Shown here: positions 1 through 11,645 of the stretch, in pieces
Layout of the letters: each line of letters opens with the position of its first letter
How positions within the stretch are numbered: the stretch's first letter is position 1
Assembly (NCBI GenBank): GCA_973851085.1
Contig: OZ316775.1
Span: 9,176,001-9,240,000, forward strand
Reading direction: 5' to 3'
DNA length: 64,000 bases
Source: Ptychomitrium polyphyllum
Taxonomy: Eukaryota
The notes under the pieces: model-generated
The model's database searches: none
Seen by the model: the letters and a program-made list of their open reading frames with translations, nothing else
Told to the model about the DNA's origin: nothing
Made by a program: the position numbers and the translations under genes

Positions 1-1846
1 TATTACAATTTATGAAAGTCTCCATGGCCTGTCACTAAACGATTTTCGACCTAATGGAAGGTCTTGACAGGTTTAAGCGGGACCTGAATTTAATTCTCAT
101 CTTATGAGCTGTTGTTCTCATTCAGATGCTTCTGGTTTTCTAAAATTCTCAGCACCTGTGGTGTTTCTCAAATTGATGTAAGTTGAAATTGTCCGAATTG
201 TGAACGCTTAGAAGAATGTGGGGTCCAGATTGATAGATTTGGTTTTGCACCATATTCAAGTGAGGCATGTTGGTGGATATTGATTCGGAATTGATGCAAG
301 CTCTTGAGCTGTCACGATACAACCTTCAACAATTTTCGGCTAGTACTGCTCCTAATGTTGCCTTGCATATACTCTGCATTGATTCAAGCCACCCGCACAA
401 CGGGCAGTCAACATGCAACAAGTAAGACTTCTTCACAGTTGTGTCTTGGTCGTACTGTGACAGCGTCGGGTTGTGTCCTGTATGTAGGAGCTGGGTAGGA
501 GCTCTAAATACTTCTCTCGCACAAGAATTCAACCTTAGGAGGAGTTGTAGCTCACCTCAGAAGCTTGACATTCTCAGGTTTCCTGCATGACTACGGGCAA
601 GGCTGCCCAAGTCAACAATCTTCAATGTTTGCCAAAACTATTCCAGTTACGTTTTTGAAAGAATTGCTCCTAGTACGATTGATTGTGTGGTTGAGAATCG
701 ATATAAGAGCTCACAAATAGGGATTTTGCGCTGGAACTATGAGTGACAATATTCTATTGCTGAAATTATGCCCACTGCTCACAAGGGAAGTACTGCATCT
801 AAGCAATAACCCTTAGAGATTGCTACCAGTTCCCAAATCAGAAGGTATATAGAATAAGTGAATTACATGCAGCAGTATCTTTGCGCTTGGGGCAATGACG
901 CAGTTAGTGAGGTTTTGCCGAGACGCGTCAATTGCTGGTTGAAAACTATTTCCAACCCCCCTGCGGTGCTCGTATGAGCGCCCCAGAATTTCTGAAAGGT
1001 TGGCCCTAGGCTCCAACCTCCAATCGATTCACTAAACAGGGCGAATTTGATAGAATTGTATTACAAAAATTAGACTGGAGTCGCTAGCACCACCTGCCAT
1101 CGAAATATGCAGTCCGCAGAAATAGAATGTGCGTTGTGGATTCGAAAGCCAAGGTAGGGACAGGCAAGATGGCAAGATGGATAAACATGTAACAAGTAAA
1201 CTCTGTCAATTCATCAGCAGCTACTTTTAAGTTCATGTTCAAAGATTGAGTGATATACCAGTCGTGATATGATGCGACTCTAACAAACCCACGGTATCAC
1301 CCATTCCTAACCAAGTCACCAATTCGTAACTATGTGAGAAGCATGAAGGGAAAACCCTCGAATGTAATTTTGCAATAAAACAACCCACCGTAATATTCTA
1401 CAAACACAATTTCAAACTTACAAGCAGGTTAGAAAAAGCCACTTGCTGGGAACAGACTTCCCAACCCCGCCCAAGATATTGAGAGTTGATACAACAGTAT
1501 CGAAGGACAAATGGAGGCTATGTTCTGCAATCCTAGTGAATGACAATTTGTGACTGGATTTTTAAAAATTAAGTGCATATATAAATATTAACTGGATGAT
1601 CAACTGCATGATCAGCTGCATGATCAAAACAAATGTATACACCCACTGCACCTTGAAAGTTTACGATGGACTCCCTGTTCCTTGTATCAAGAGAGCCATG
1701 TCTGAACAACAGCATGCGCACAAGTTCATATTAATCAATTGAGCACTAGGCAAACTGTATGTCGCCATCAACATCAGCCACTCGACGTCCAAGGCTGTGG
1801 CCATGCATGCCTCCCTGGCGATTGAAGCATCAATAAATCGCTTGTC

Positions 1847-1963
1847 CTCTTCATTTAGCTTGTCTTCGTAATATCCGAGCAGCATGGTCAAGCAATGCAT
1901 CGGTCGTTCTCTTCATTTTAGGGTGTCTTCATAATATCCGAGCAGCTCGGTCGAGCAATGATT
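1847..1963. repeat. Diverged tandem duplication, about 63-bp period, downstream of the MYB-CC stop codon
   Basis: ctcttcatttagcttgtcttcgtaatatccgagcagcatggtcaagcaatg versus ctcttcattttagggtgtcttcataatatccgagcagctcggtcgagcaatg, read directly from the sequence. Confidence 0.85.
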
Positions 1964-2118
1964 GCGCCCTAGAAGCGACCTCATCGTATTGGATTAAGAA
2001 CAGATTGCAGTAACACACCACCAGAAGAAGGTGGCTGGTTCTCATCGTTTCGGATAGAGAACAGATTTGCTGTGACATACCACTATAGAAAGGTGATTGT
2101 TTGAAATCAATGCACTCA

Positions 2119-5100
2119 TCACACAGAGGCCTGGAGCGACTTCGAAGTGATGTTGTCAGGTTGCTGTAGCATACAACCTTGTGATGCACTGTGCCGTTGT
2201 GGTGTGGCTCCCTGACTTCCAGACTCAGTCATGGAGACTAGGGATACTGCTGACCCATCAACCTGGCCCGAGGAGGAGCTTCTGCTCAACCGGGACGGTA
2301 AATTCGTGTGACACGAGGCAGACGAATCCCGGGTGGGACCAGAGCAACCATGAATAAGAAGCCCCGTTTTGGGACTGTCCTGCTTGTTGTACGCCTCTCG
2401 GAATGGCTCCTGCGGAACGATGACTAGATTGGGGACCTCTACCCGAGCTTTTTTCGTAGAAGGCTGTTGAGCAGGAGAGCTCTCACTTGGACCGTGTGAC
2501 GACGTCTCACGCCCTTGTGAGGACTGCGTTAGTACATCCCGGCTGTGGGCAGGTTCACTCGCTGCTGGGGCAGGACTAAAACCAATAGGAGGGGGGTCAG
2601 GACGTAGCATGAATGCGCCAGCCTTTGCCTGTGCTTCCAACATCATCTTCAGGCTTTGACCCTGAGCTTCAATTCTCAGTTGCAACTCTCTTTGGATCTG
2701 CACATACGATCAATAACGCCTGTCAGTCACAAAAACTTGCTTTCTCTTTGATGTATATCATCTTCCAGAAGTGTACTATGACTTATCCCCTATGTAATGT
2801 TTTGTTCCAGCTACAACCGAACTTTCGTGATTTACACAATCCATGCCTTCCCCAATTCAGTTGTCACACTGAAATGGCAACACATGAACAGGAAAAGTCC
2901 TATAATATGAAGAAGAGTTTTTGTAGACACCTCCAGTTGCTCGTGCAGTCGCTTCTGCACCTCCATCTGCATCTGTAAGGCTTGCGTCATTTGTAAGCTC
3001 CTGCAATTGCACGCCAGTATCCGAAATCAGGTTCTATTGACTGTTGAGCTAAACCCATGTGATTAATGCCTCTCACATCTCCGAAATCATGCATTCGAAC
3101 ATTCACTCTTTCGCATTTATGTTATTGTCTAAAATCACAGGGTTTTCAAGATCCTTAGCTCAAGAAATGGCTCCCCAAGTTCAGAATATTCTCTCAAGTT
3201 GTCATAAAGTAGAAAGTACTAAAAATAATTGAAAACCCTCAGAAGGTGGTCATATTGGAAGACTTACGAATTTATATCCATGCCACCCAATGAAGTGTCA
3301 TTCCGTCTTCGATCATTTCTAGAATCTGCACATCAGAGGTGGGTTGATCAAGGGGGAGGCCACTACAAAGACAATATCAGAAAGTACTTTTCGAAACACT
3401 ATAATTTAAACGTTTCCTCTGTGCGCTAATTGTTTCACTCAGCAAAACAAGCCATAAAAAAGCACACGGGATTGTACCTTCAGAAGAAGCCTCAGGAATA
3501 AGCCTGTACTTCTGCACAAAACAATAACAGCAAAAACAAAATCCGGTAAACAATTTTCACGGATCGGCAAATGTTCACAACTTAAACACAGACCCGAAGA
3601 GTAGGACTAGCACAAATCCTGAACAAACCAGACATCAGATTGAAATACCCATCCAAATGCCATTAAAATACTGGCAAATTCGAATAGAAATTTTCAGCTT
3701 GGATTATGAATCGAGAAAAGTGTTGTCCAAAGAGCACGTGCATAAAATAAATAATCCGGTAAAGAAAAGGTTACTCATAAGAAACAAAGAACAGCATAAT
3801 TAAATGATTTTGTCTTGTTTAATATAAGAGAGAAAGCCCTGTATTTAGTAAGCCAAATATCTGCAAGCTACTAACCTGTAAATGGCTCTTGACATGATAG
3901 ATAGTGATCCCTGAAACCCCCATGACACGCAGAACAGCTTTTGGTGTTGCACCTGCATAACCACAAAACCAGCCAGCAAAAGGAGACAATAAGCCATCTT
4001 TGAAATCTTTCTTCCAATCCAGTCTTTCACTCTTTCCTGTTGCAATGGGTAACGCTTGTCCATATGGAAAAAAAAAATCATGCTGCAACATCAATATCTA
4101 TTAGAAAACGAAAAAGACTCAACATCCAGGGCAGTGAAAATAAAAGTGGCTGCTTACGTTCAGAACCACCCAGTTGCGCAACAGCGTCCACAAACTTCTC
4201 GTGAAGTTCTGGAGTCCACCGTAGACGTGTTTTGACAGAAGCTGCCTCGGCGGCAGATGCTGCTGCAGCGGATGCGGACGTCCCTGAAGCACCTGGACTC
4301 CCTTCTGAAGGAGCAGCCGCCCCTACAATAATAAAACCAACCCAAAACAGTTTAGGGTTTTAGCCATCTCCTCTATTTTTCTCAGATGCCATTTCTATCA
4401 CTGCCCTAGAGTGGGCAACCCTCTAGTACTCGCAACCAAGGGCGGAAAAATCTGACAAAGCTTCTAAAACACAGACAGAAATCCGTGGGTTGGAATCACA
4501 GCGATGAAGCCAAGTGCATTAAACACGCACCTGACTGCTGCTGCTGATTAGACGAGTCTCTCGCAGCAAGGGGTACAGGTACAGGAAACCCCTTCGGTGG
4601 TTGGAATACCTGCAATTGAAAACATATATTAGCCAAATTCCGAAAACTCTGTCACAGTGGCTACAACTGAGGAACTAAAACTTCATACTAGACAAATTCT
4701 CCGTTAAAATCAAAATTGCAAAGGCTGAGAATCTTCTCAAACCTCAACACAACAAGAGCTTACTTGTCCACTAGTATTGTTCAGAGGCCCGGTCTCCGTG
4801 TACGTATCTGAAAAATTCTCCATCCAATTCGATTCCCATTCGGGAATGTTCACTGAAGTCTCTGCTGTCTGGGAGGAGCCCTCACCGTCACGGAGTAGAC
4901 TCTGATCCGAAGATCCTTCCAGTAATACCTGATGCCACAACCGAATTCAGTTCTAAACCATAATTCCTTCAGTAACGTCTCACATGCACGTAACTCACGG
5001 TGAGTACCTCATCACGGGAATCATAACCTAATACCGACACGCCCTACTACAAGGCCGTAAATGGCAACACCACTGCTTACTAGTAATCTTCTAGCAGAAG

Positions 5101-6675
5101 ATACGGAATATTCTATCTCTTGCTGAGCTAAAAGATTAAACGAAGAACCTACAGTTCATTATTTCTTCTTTTAATACCATAATACAACAGTTCGTCGTTC
5201 GTGTTATGCCGCAACAACTTCAGGCCTAATGATTTCTGAACTACTTGCAAACACCCGATCGAGGTTGTAACAACAGCCTCTCTAGGTTGATCAATAACTC
5301 TCGTATCATCACAAAAATCCTGTTCACAATAGTACGGCATGGATGCGAATGTATACATATGATAGTAGGGTTTAAAGCTCGAGACCGATCTACATAAAAC
5401 GTCAAAAGACGTTTCGTCCTCACTGAGAATCCCTCTATCCTGAAATTAGACTTACAAATGGATTAAGTTCGAACTTTCACCCCTCCAAACACAAGTTCGT
5501 GGACTCATAATCTTAAGGTAATATTGATTCAAGGCAATTAATGCTCCAGAGAACTGTTGAGCATAGTCGATGCAGTTGAAAGTATTAAAACCCATCACGA
5601 TATCATCACACATGCAGCACAAGTTCTCTTGAAGAACCCTTAAGAAAGAAGGGCTAATAATAATAGTCGCTTGAAAATATATCGGGTTAGTATTATCGAT
5701 CACCATCCTTGTATCAAGACCATCATTCATCACAGTCAGCCTCGAACCTGACAGAGAGACGCGACATTTTATTCCCTAAGGGCAGAATTATTTGAATGTT
5801 CTGGGATTTCAGAGAAGATAGGCAGAACAAGGAATCACCTGCAGAGGGTCGCAAAGATTCAAACCACCTGCGCCGTCCGTCTTCGGCGTGATGACCATCG
5901 TCGCGGATGGATACGGAGCCGTGGATCCACCAACCCCGGCACGTCCAAAATTCAGCTCCTGGAACGGCATTTGCAAACCAGGCTCCATCCCTCCATTCGA
6001 GCGCGGCACCATGGAGAATCCTCCACCGGAAGAGTCTCGAGGAGACGGGTGGAAGTTCATGGCGCTACGGCTGGGTGGCACGAGAGCGCTGAGCTGTGCA
6101 TGGGAGGCTTGCCGGCTGCCGCCGCTGGTGGGGCTCGTCACGGGTAACGTGCCACCGGAGTGGCCACCTGCGGACGGCCAATGCACGGATGGTGAGCTCA
6201 TCCACTGGCTGTTGCTGGTGGACCATGGGGGTGGGAAGGATGAGGAGGCGTTGTGGTAGGACGTCGGCATCTGGAACGACGGTGACGAGCTTTCCTCCAG
6301 AGAGCCGCCGTAGGTTTGCCGCAGTGATGACCCGTGGCCCCCGCGCATGTTGCGCTGCTGCTGCGATGGTACTGCAATGTGCGGCGACGAAGAACCCTGC
6401 TTGCCTTGGTACTGCCCTGTCGTGGAAGATGGCGGGTGGACACCGTAGGGCTGCGTTTGCCATGAGGACGACGACCCTGGGGAGTAGTATGGTCTCTGCT
6501 GTTGGGCTGGATTGGCGCCTCCTTGCCCAGGGACGAAGGTCTGGAATGTGAAGGGCTCGCCGGAGTTGGGAAACGCTTGAGGCGCTCCGGATGAGGCTCG
6601 CGGACTATTACTGCTGCCGCCACTCTGGTGGTGCGCGGCTAAAGGCGGGAGCAACGGTGGCATTTGAGAAGACAT
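2119..6675 (-). CDS. PHL: MYB-CC (GARP/G2-like, PHR1/PHL family) transcription factor, 9 coding exons
   Basis: Manual GT-AG splicing: 6675-5839, 4928-4764, 4609-4531, 4322-4158, 3952-3876, 3511-3478, 3325-3268, 3000-2931, 2697-2119. This gives [55 protein letters not shown] (SHLQKY MYB domain) and ALQMQMEVQKRLHEQLEIQRELQLRIEAQG (LHEQLE coiled coil). The N-terminus is long and S/P/Q/G-rich. The start ATG at 6675 is inferred; a 5'UTR intron acceptor lies near 6729. Confidence 0.92.
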
Positions 6676-7881
6676 TGAAGATTTGGCATGGGTGGAGGGC
6701 AACAAGCAAAACGAATTGGAGGATCACCTAGAGGAGAGAACGGGATTCGAGGACAGGGAATCAAAGGATTCACACGCAGGATTTCGAAGTAGCGCTTGGA
6801 TTGCCACCTTGAAAGTTGGAGTTTGTAGCCGCTGCTAGAGGGTCGGAGATTCTACCCAAGCCACTAATGAATCTTGCCATTTGAAATTCTGAACCCCACT
6901 TTTTCACAGAGCTTGACCTCTTCCTGCATTGATTCACGCGTTGTCACCTATCCGCAACGCTCACACACCCCGCAGACAACTATAAAAAACGAATTGCAGT
7001 CGCCCTCTCCGACACGCAAGGTACTCCGTCCCTAAAAGTAAGACCCGGCACACGCAGGTATCTCTCGTACCTTTTCTTCCTTCTAAGTCCCACCTGTTCC
7101 AACCTGAAAAAGGAACCCCGACCGAAATTCTCTCGCTCCGAAGGAAAAGAAACTCTTTAACCCAGGATATACATCAAACCGCCTCGCATAAATGGTGCAG
7201 TATTCGCTGCTGCTGCAACATCACACTTAATTCTGAACGATAAAAACCAGATGGCCCCATGCAAACCCAACCATGCCACCATAGCCGGAATCTTCACTGT
7301 CTCTCCCTTTCCACAGTCCCGTCTTCTACTCCTCGCAAACCGCCACCAACCAACCACCCCAAATGTAATCTCCTCATCTTCTCCCCATGCAGTACGCAAC
7401 GCCTGCCTCCAACTACCTCCAAGATCCAAGCTTCCTCACCACCACCGAAACTGAAAACTAACACAACCAAAAACCTGATCTAGCATATCATATCACCACA
7501 TGCAAAAGGCTCCAAAAGAGAGTACTCCCCACCTCCACTACGGTCCCCAAAATCCCTCCTCCCATGCAAGCCGGCATGTGAACTACACTAGAGGCCTCTG
7601 CTACGGCCAGATGATGCAACCTGATCCAACTTAGCAGTCACCACGAAACAGCTTCAGCCTTGGCAAACAAAACACACAAGTCTCCACTAACGACCCCAAG
7701 GTCCCGCCCTGGCATGCAAGTGCCTGTGAACTGCAATAGAGCCCCTCTGCCGTGGCCAGATTGCGGAACCTGGTCTAAATCTATCAACGACCACGAAAAG
7801 CTCCGCCCCTCGGCTCCAAAGGTGCCTACACTTCACCTCCACTAAGGCACCCAAGGTCATGCCTTGCCATGCCAGCCGCGA

Positions 7882-7905
7882 CGCAACCGCAACCGCAACC
7901 GCAAC
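7882..7905. repeat. (CGCAAC)4 hexanucleotide microsatellite upstream of the MYB-CC gene
   Basis: cgcaaccgcaaccgcaaccgcaac seen directly. Confidence 0.9.
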
Positions 7906-8599
7906 GACGAACACTACACTGTCTGTCTGCACGGCCGCGGTGCGGTCCGGATAGTGAGGCGCACTGAAGCGCTAACTAGGCCTGTGAGGAGAGCCGGTGG
8001 TCGTTGTCGAACAATTGGGGTGCCGCGACGGCAGATGCGTAGAAAACTTCCTCTTCCCCAGCCGATGGGGATAACTTGGGCGCAATCGCTCCCAGCGGTG
8101 TTGGAAAACTTTTTGCATCGCAAAGCGCGGGTGCCATGAGCAGGAATCTGGCGAGTCCAACACGGAATCTACAGTGAGGCCTAATCTAGCACTGCTACCG
8201 AATGCCTCCACTTCTACTCTTCCTCTGCGCCACTGTAGTCCACCCTGGACCCCGTGCACGCTGGATTGCCTGCAGCTATACTGCGCTCTGCCTTCCTGTG
8301 CGCCTCCCACATCCTGCCATTGACTTGCCATTGCGATCGGTAGGCATCGGTGGGGCCGGTCCTTTCATCTCCCCTCTGTCAAATCCCCTCTCGGCTAACA
8401 TTTCCTGATTTGTTCAACACACTTTGCTCCAATCTCTGCTCGACGCTCCTTCTGCAGATTCCTACTGTAACTTTTCCGTTTCTCTCACACGGCGTTCTTC
8501 AGCACTCTACCCCTGATTTTACAGTTTTCTGTTCACTCCTCAGCGAAGAGAGAAGTTCTGCAAGTCGTACTGTCGTACTCTGAATCCCATCTTTGTCAT

Positions 8600-10950
8600 A
8601 AAAGTCATAAAAGTCAGTAAATATCTATTTGTTTGAGAGTGTGTTTTGTAGCTTTTGGCAATGTTAGGGCATAGTTGGGGAGCCTCAAACTTTGGACCTT
8701 CCTAAAGTTAGTCGAGCTCTTCTAAGTCAATCCCTTGTTTGCCATAAGTGCCCAAAATTTTCCCAATGACATTCTTAAATAAAAAGTGCTCTCATGCTTG
8801 TATCATAGATTGTCATGAACTGTTCTTTGTAGGAATAATACATTCTAGAAACATAAGGTGAGGGAATTCTAATTAATGGATAACCTTGCTTACACCAATT
8901 CTAATTGTTAGCAATCTTTTTGTTGGAACAAAAGGTGTTTTTTAGACTATTCATGAATATTGTCATCTATAAAGTGATTTACCATGATAGGATATATTTT
9001 AGGATGCTAAATTGCATAATTTATGTGATTAAAGCCTATAATCCTTATGATTCTTTTAATTAGAAATTTTAATATTTTAAAAATCTAATGCATTTTTAAA
9101 TATAAATACATGGAACAAGTATCTATCATTAACAAGTCTAAAATTTGTCATTCCAAAAATTTAAATGAACTAAAACAATAGAATCAAGATGTCATCTTAT
9201 CATCTTTAAAAACATTCCAATTTTTTTCCATCTACCAATATTCTCAAAATTCTTATCTAAGTTTTTCAAGCAAGGCTGTGAGTCTTGGTTATGTTGAATT
9301 CTTTTGTTTTTTGCTTGTAATTACACTACTAAATTCTAACATCAAAAACATAGTCATTTGTCTTGACTTAGCACTTAATTATATTGTACCACATTTCCAA
9401 GGCATAATCATGTCACAATGGTTTTACTTGCAAATATAAATGTTTGGATTTAAACATTTTTACCATGTCATTTTTTGAATGTTTATTGAATCTAGAACCA
9501 TAAAAAAAAAATTTAAAAAAAATTATTTATCATGACTATGTATAAGAATTTATTTTCTTCAAAATTAAATTGTTTTAAATGTTGATTTTATATTCCTTAA
9601 TCATGAATGATAGCTATTTATTTATCAAATATAATTTTTTTGTAATCAACTATTATCTACTATGACAATATAAAAGTGTTAATTTTTTTTAAGATTAAAA
9701 ATATCTTTAATACTTTTTTTTCTCTTATTAATGTACCAAAATATCAATGCTTATTTTTGAAAATCTTTTTATATAATTCAAAAAATGCATATATTGCATT
9801 AAAAAAATATGAATTTGTAAAACAATGAATATCTGAAAACATTCAATTCTTTTTACATCATCTCATGTATTATTTATTTTTTAAAATTTAAATTTTTTTT
9901 ATATAAATGAGTTAATCAATGACAACCATTTGAAAAACTTATAAGAAATGAGTGTAGCAAAAAAATTATTCTATCTTTATATTTTAGAATTGGATAGATA
10001 TTGGATGTAATTATAATTAATAATATAAATGGTCAGTATATTTTGGAAGGTAAGTTTTTTTTGGTTTCAATTTAGTAATATATATTACTAACTAAACATG
10101 TCTTAAATATGACCAAAGATCCAACTACACAATATGTGAGTAATATAAACTACAAAGGCTTTTAATAACTAATTATTGGTATAACTTCTTGTATAACTTA
10201 TGCAATCAATGTTTACAAAGCCAAAATTAATGATGTTAACATTTTTGTGCATCTATGAATATTCTTATTTTTACTTGTATGTTTTAAAAACCTACATGTT
10301 GGAACATGATTTAATTTTGAAATAAAATGAAATTGAAATTATAATAAGGATTTATTACAATTTATTACTCAATTCTAGGATTTATTTCAAAGATTAATGA
10401 TAATATAAGAATAATAATATGCACTATAAGTGAGTTGTGGCAACTTAAATTTTGTCAAGATTTTGGTCCTTTTATTTTAAAAAAAACAAGAAATCAAATA
10501 AAAAAAATGTTAAACTTTTAATCAGAGGGAAAACAAACAAATGATTGATGAAAACATATTGCATTTGATTCTTTAAAAAATAAAAATGAAAGAAATGAAT
10601 GATTGATGTAGATGTTTTTGCTATTTGTATTATGGATGATAAATAATGGATGATGGATGATGGATGATGGACGATGGATGAAGAAATTATCCCTTATTAT
10701 TTCATAGATGAAAACACGTATTCATATCCATACATGTTCACATAGTACATAGCTAGCCGTTATACAATTGACTTCTTTTATTTTTTACATATAAATCAAT
10801 TAGTCTCAAAAATTTCCATGGAATGTTATAAAATTCTAATAATACAATTTCTAACTTAAATAGGAGCCAATCTTTGTCTTTTTGAATCTTCACATGATGA
10901 GTCATTTTACCACCAAAAACTTTTTGTATACAGTTTATAGAATTCTTATT
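8600..10950. other. Very AT-rich non-coding block, likely decayed repeat or TE sequence; includes a (GATGGAT)n minisatellite at about 10647-10680
   Basis: Sharp GC drop after about 8590, almost no ORFs, poly-A/T runs, and atggatgatggatgatggatgatggacgatggatg. Confidence 0.6.
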
Positions 10951-11041
10951 AGTCCATACGACAGCATATGGGAAAGAGAAATGGTACCTACGAAACTGTG
11001 TCACGTTTCTAGAGAGATGGAAAGTAGGCTCCTGCAGTATA

Positions 11042-11645
11042 CTTCGCACCTGTCCTACTATGAAAGGTCACACAGTCCTGTAGAATAACATTCACCAAGC
11101 CTTCAACATCCACAATGAGAGCTATAACCTTCATTGAAGCAACTTTCAGTAGGCTCGTTGTGATATGAACTAAATACAAATTAGGGCCCCATAATGACAA
11201 GGGCCAAATACTAATCCCAATCCAGGGTACGAACGTACAGATATGATTCTTCTCGGCCTGCCACCTCACGCACAAGGTGGGATCACCTAAATCCAAAATC
11301 ACCTCAAAAGCACATTTTGTCACGAAGTGGAGATGGTTCTAAATATAGAGAAGCACCAGCGAATCTCCAGTGTTGCCGCTTTCATTCCTATCACCGCTCC
11401 CCCACACCTACCCTTTGCATTCCTGATCACCCCTGGAGGAGCTTTTGCAGAACATGTAACCCTGCGGTACAGCACACCATCCCCCACTTGCTCACACGCC
11501 CTGCTGTTCAGGGGCCACTTCTCCGGAAGCTCACCTGTTTCCACCCTCAAGGAGTAGGGGCCAGGACCGCCTCTGGTAGCTCTTCAGGCACCCAGTTTTC
11601 GGCCCCACTTTTGGCAAAGCATACTTCAGTTCAACGAACACTGAA
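11042..11645 (+). mobile_element. Possible degraded retroelement (LINE ORF1-like) relic
   Basis: GC-richer island between AT-rich tracts. One stop-interrupted frame contains HVTLRYSTPSPTCSHALLFRGHFSGSSP, loosely resembling the zinc knuckle at the end of plant LINE ORF1. The motif is degenerate, so support is weak. Confidence 0.25.

Noticed and set aside
5888..6623. Multiple overlapping ORFs of 120-150 codons over MYB-CC exon 1
   Set aside because: By-products of a GC-rich exon; only the minus frame splices into the MYB-CC domains.
7165..7172. P1BS motif GGATATAC upstream of the PHR-like gene (also GAATATTC at 5106 and 3184)
   Set aside because: GNATATNC is expected by chance every few kb, and there is no enrichment supporting autoregulation.
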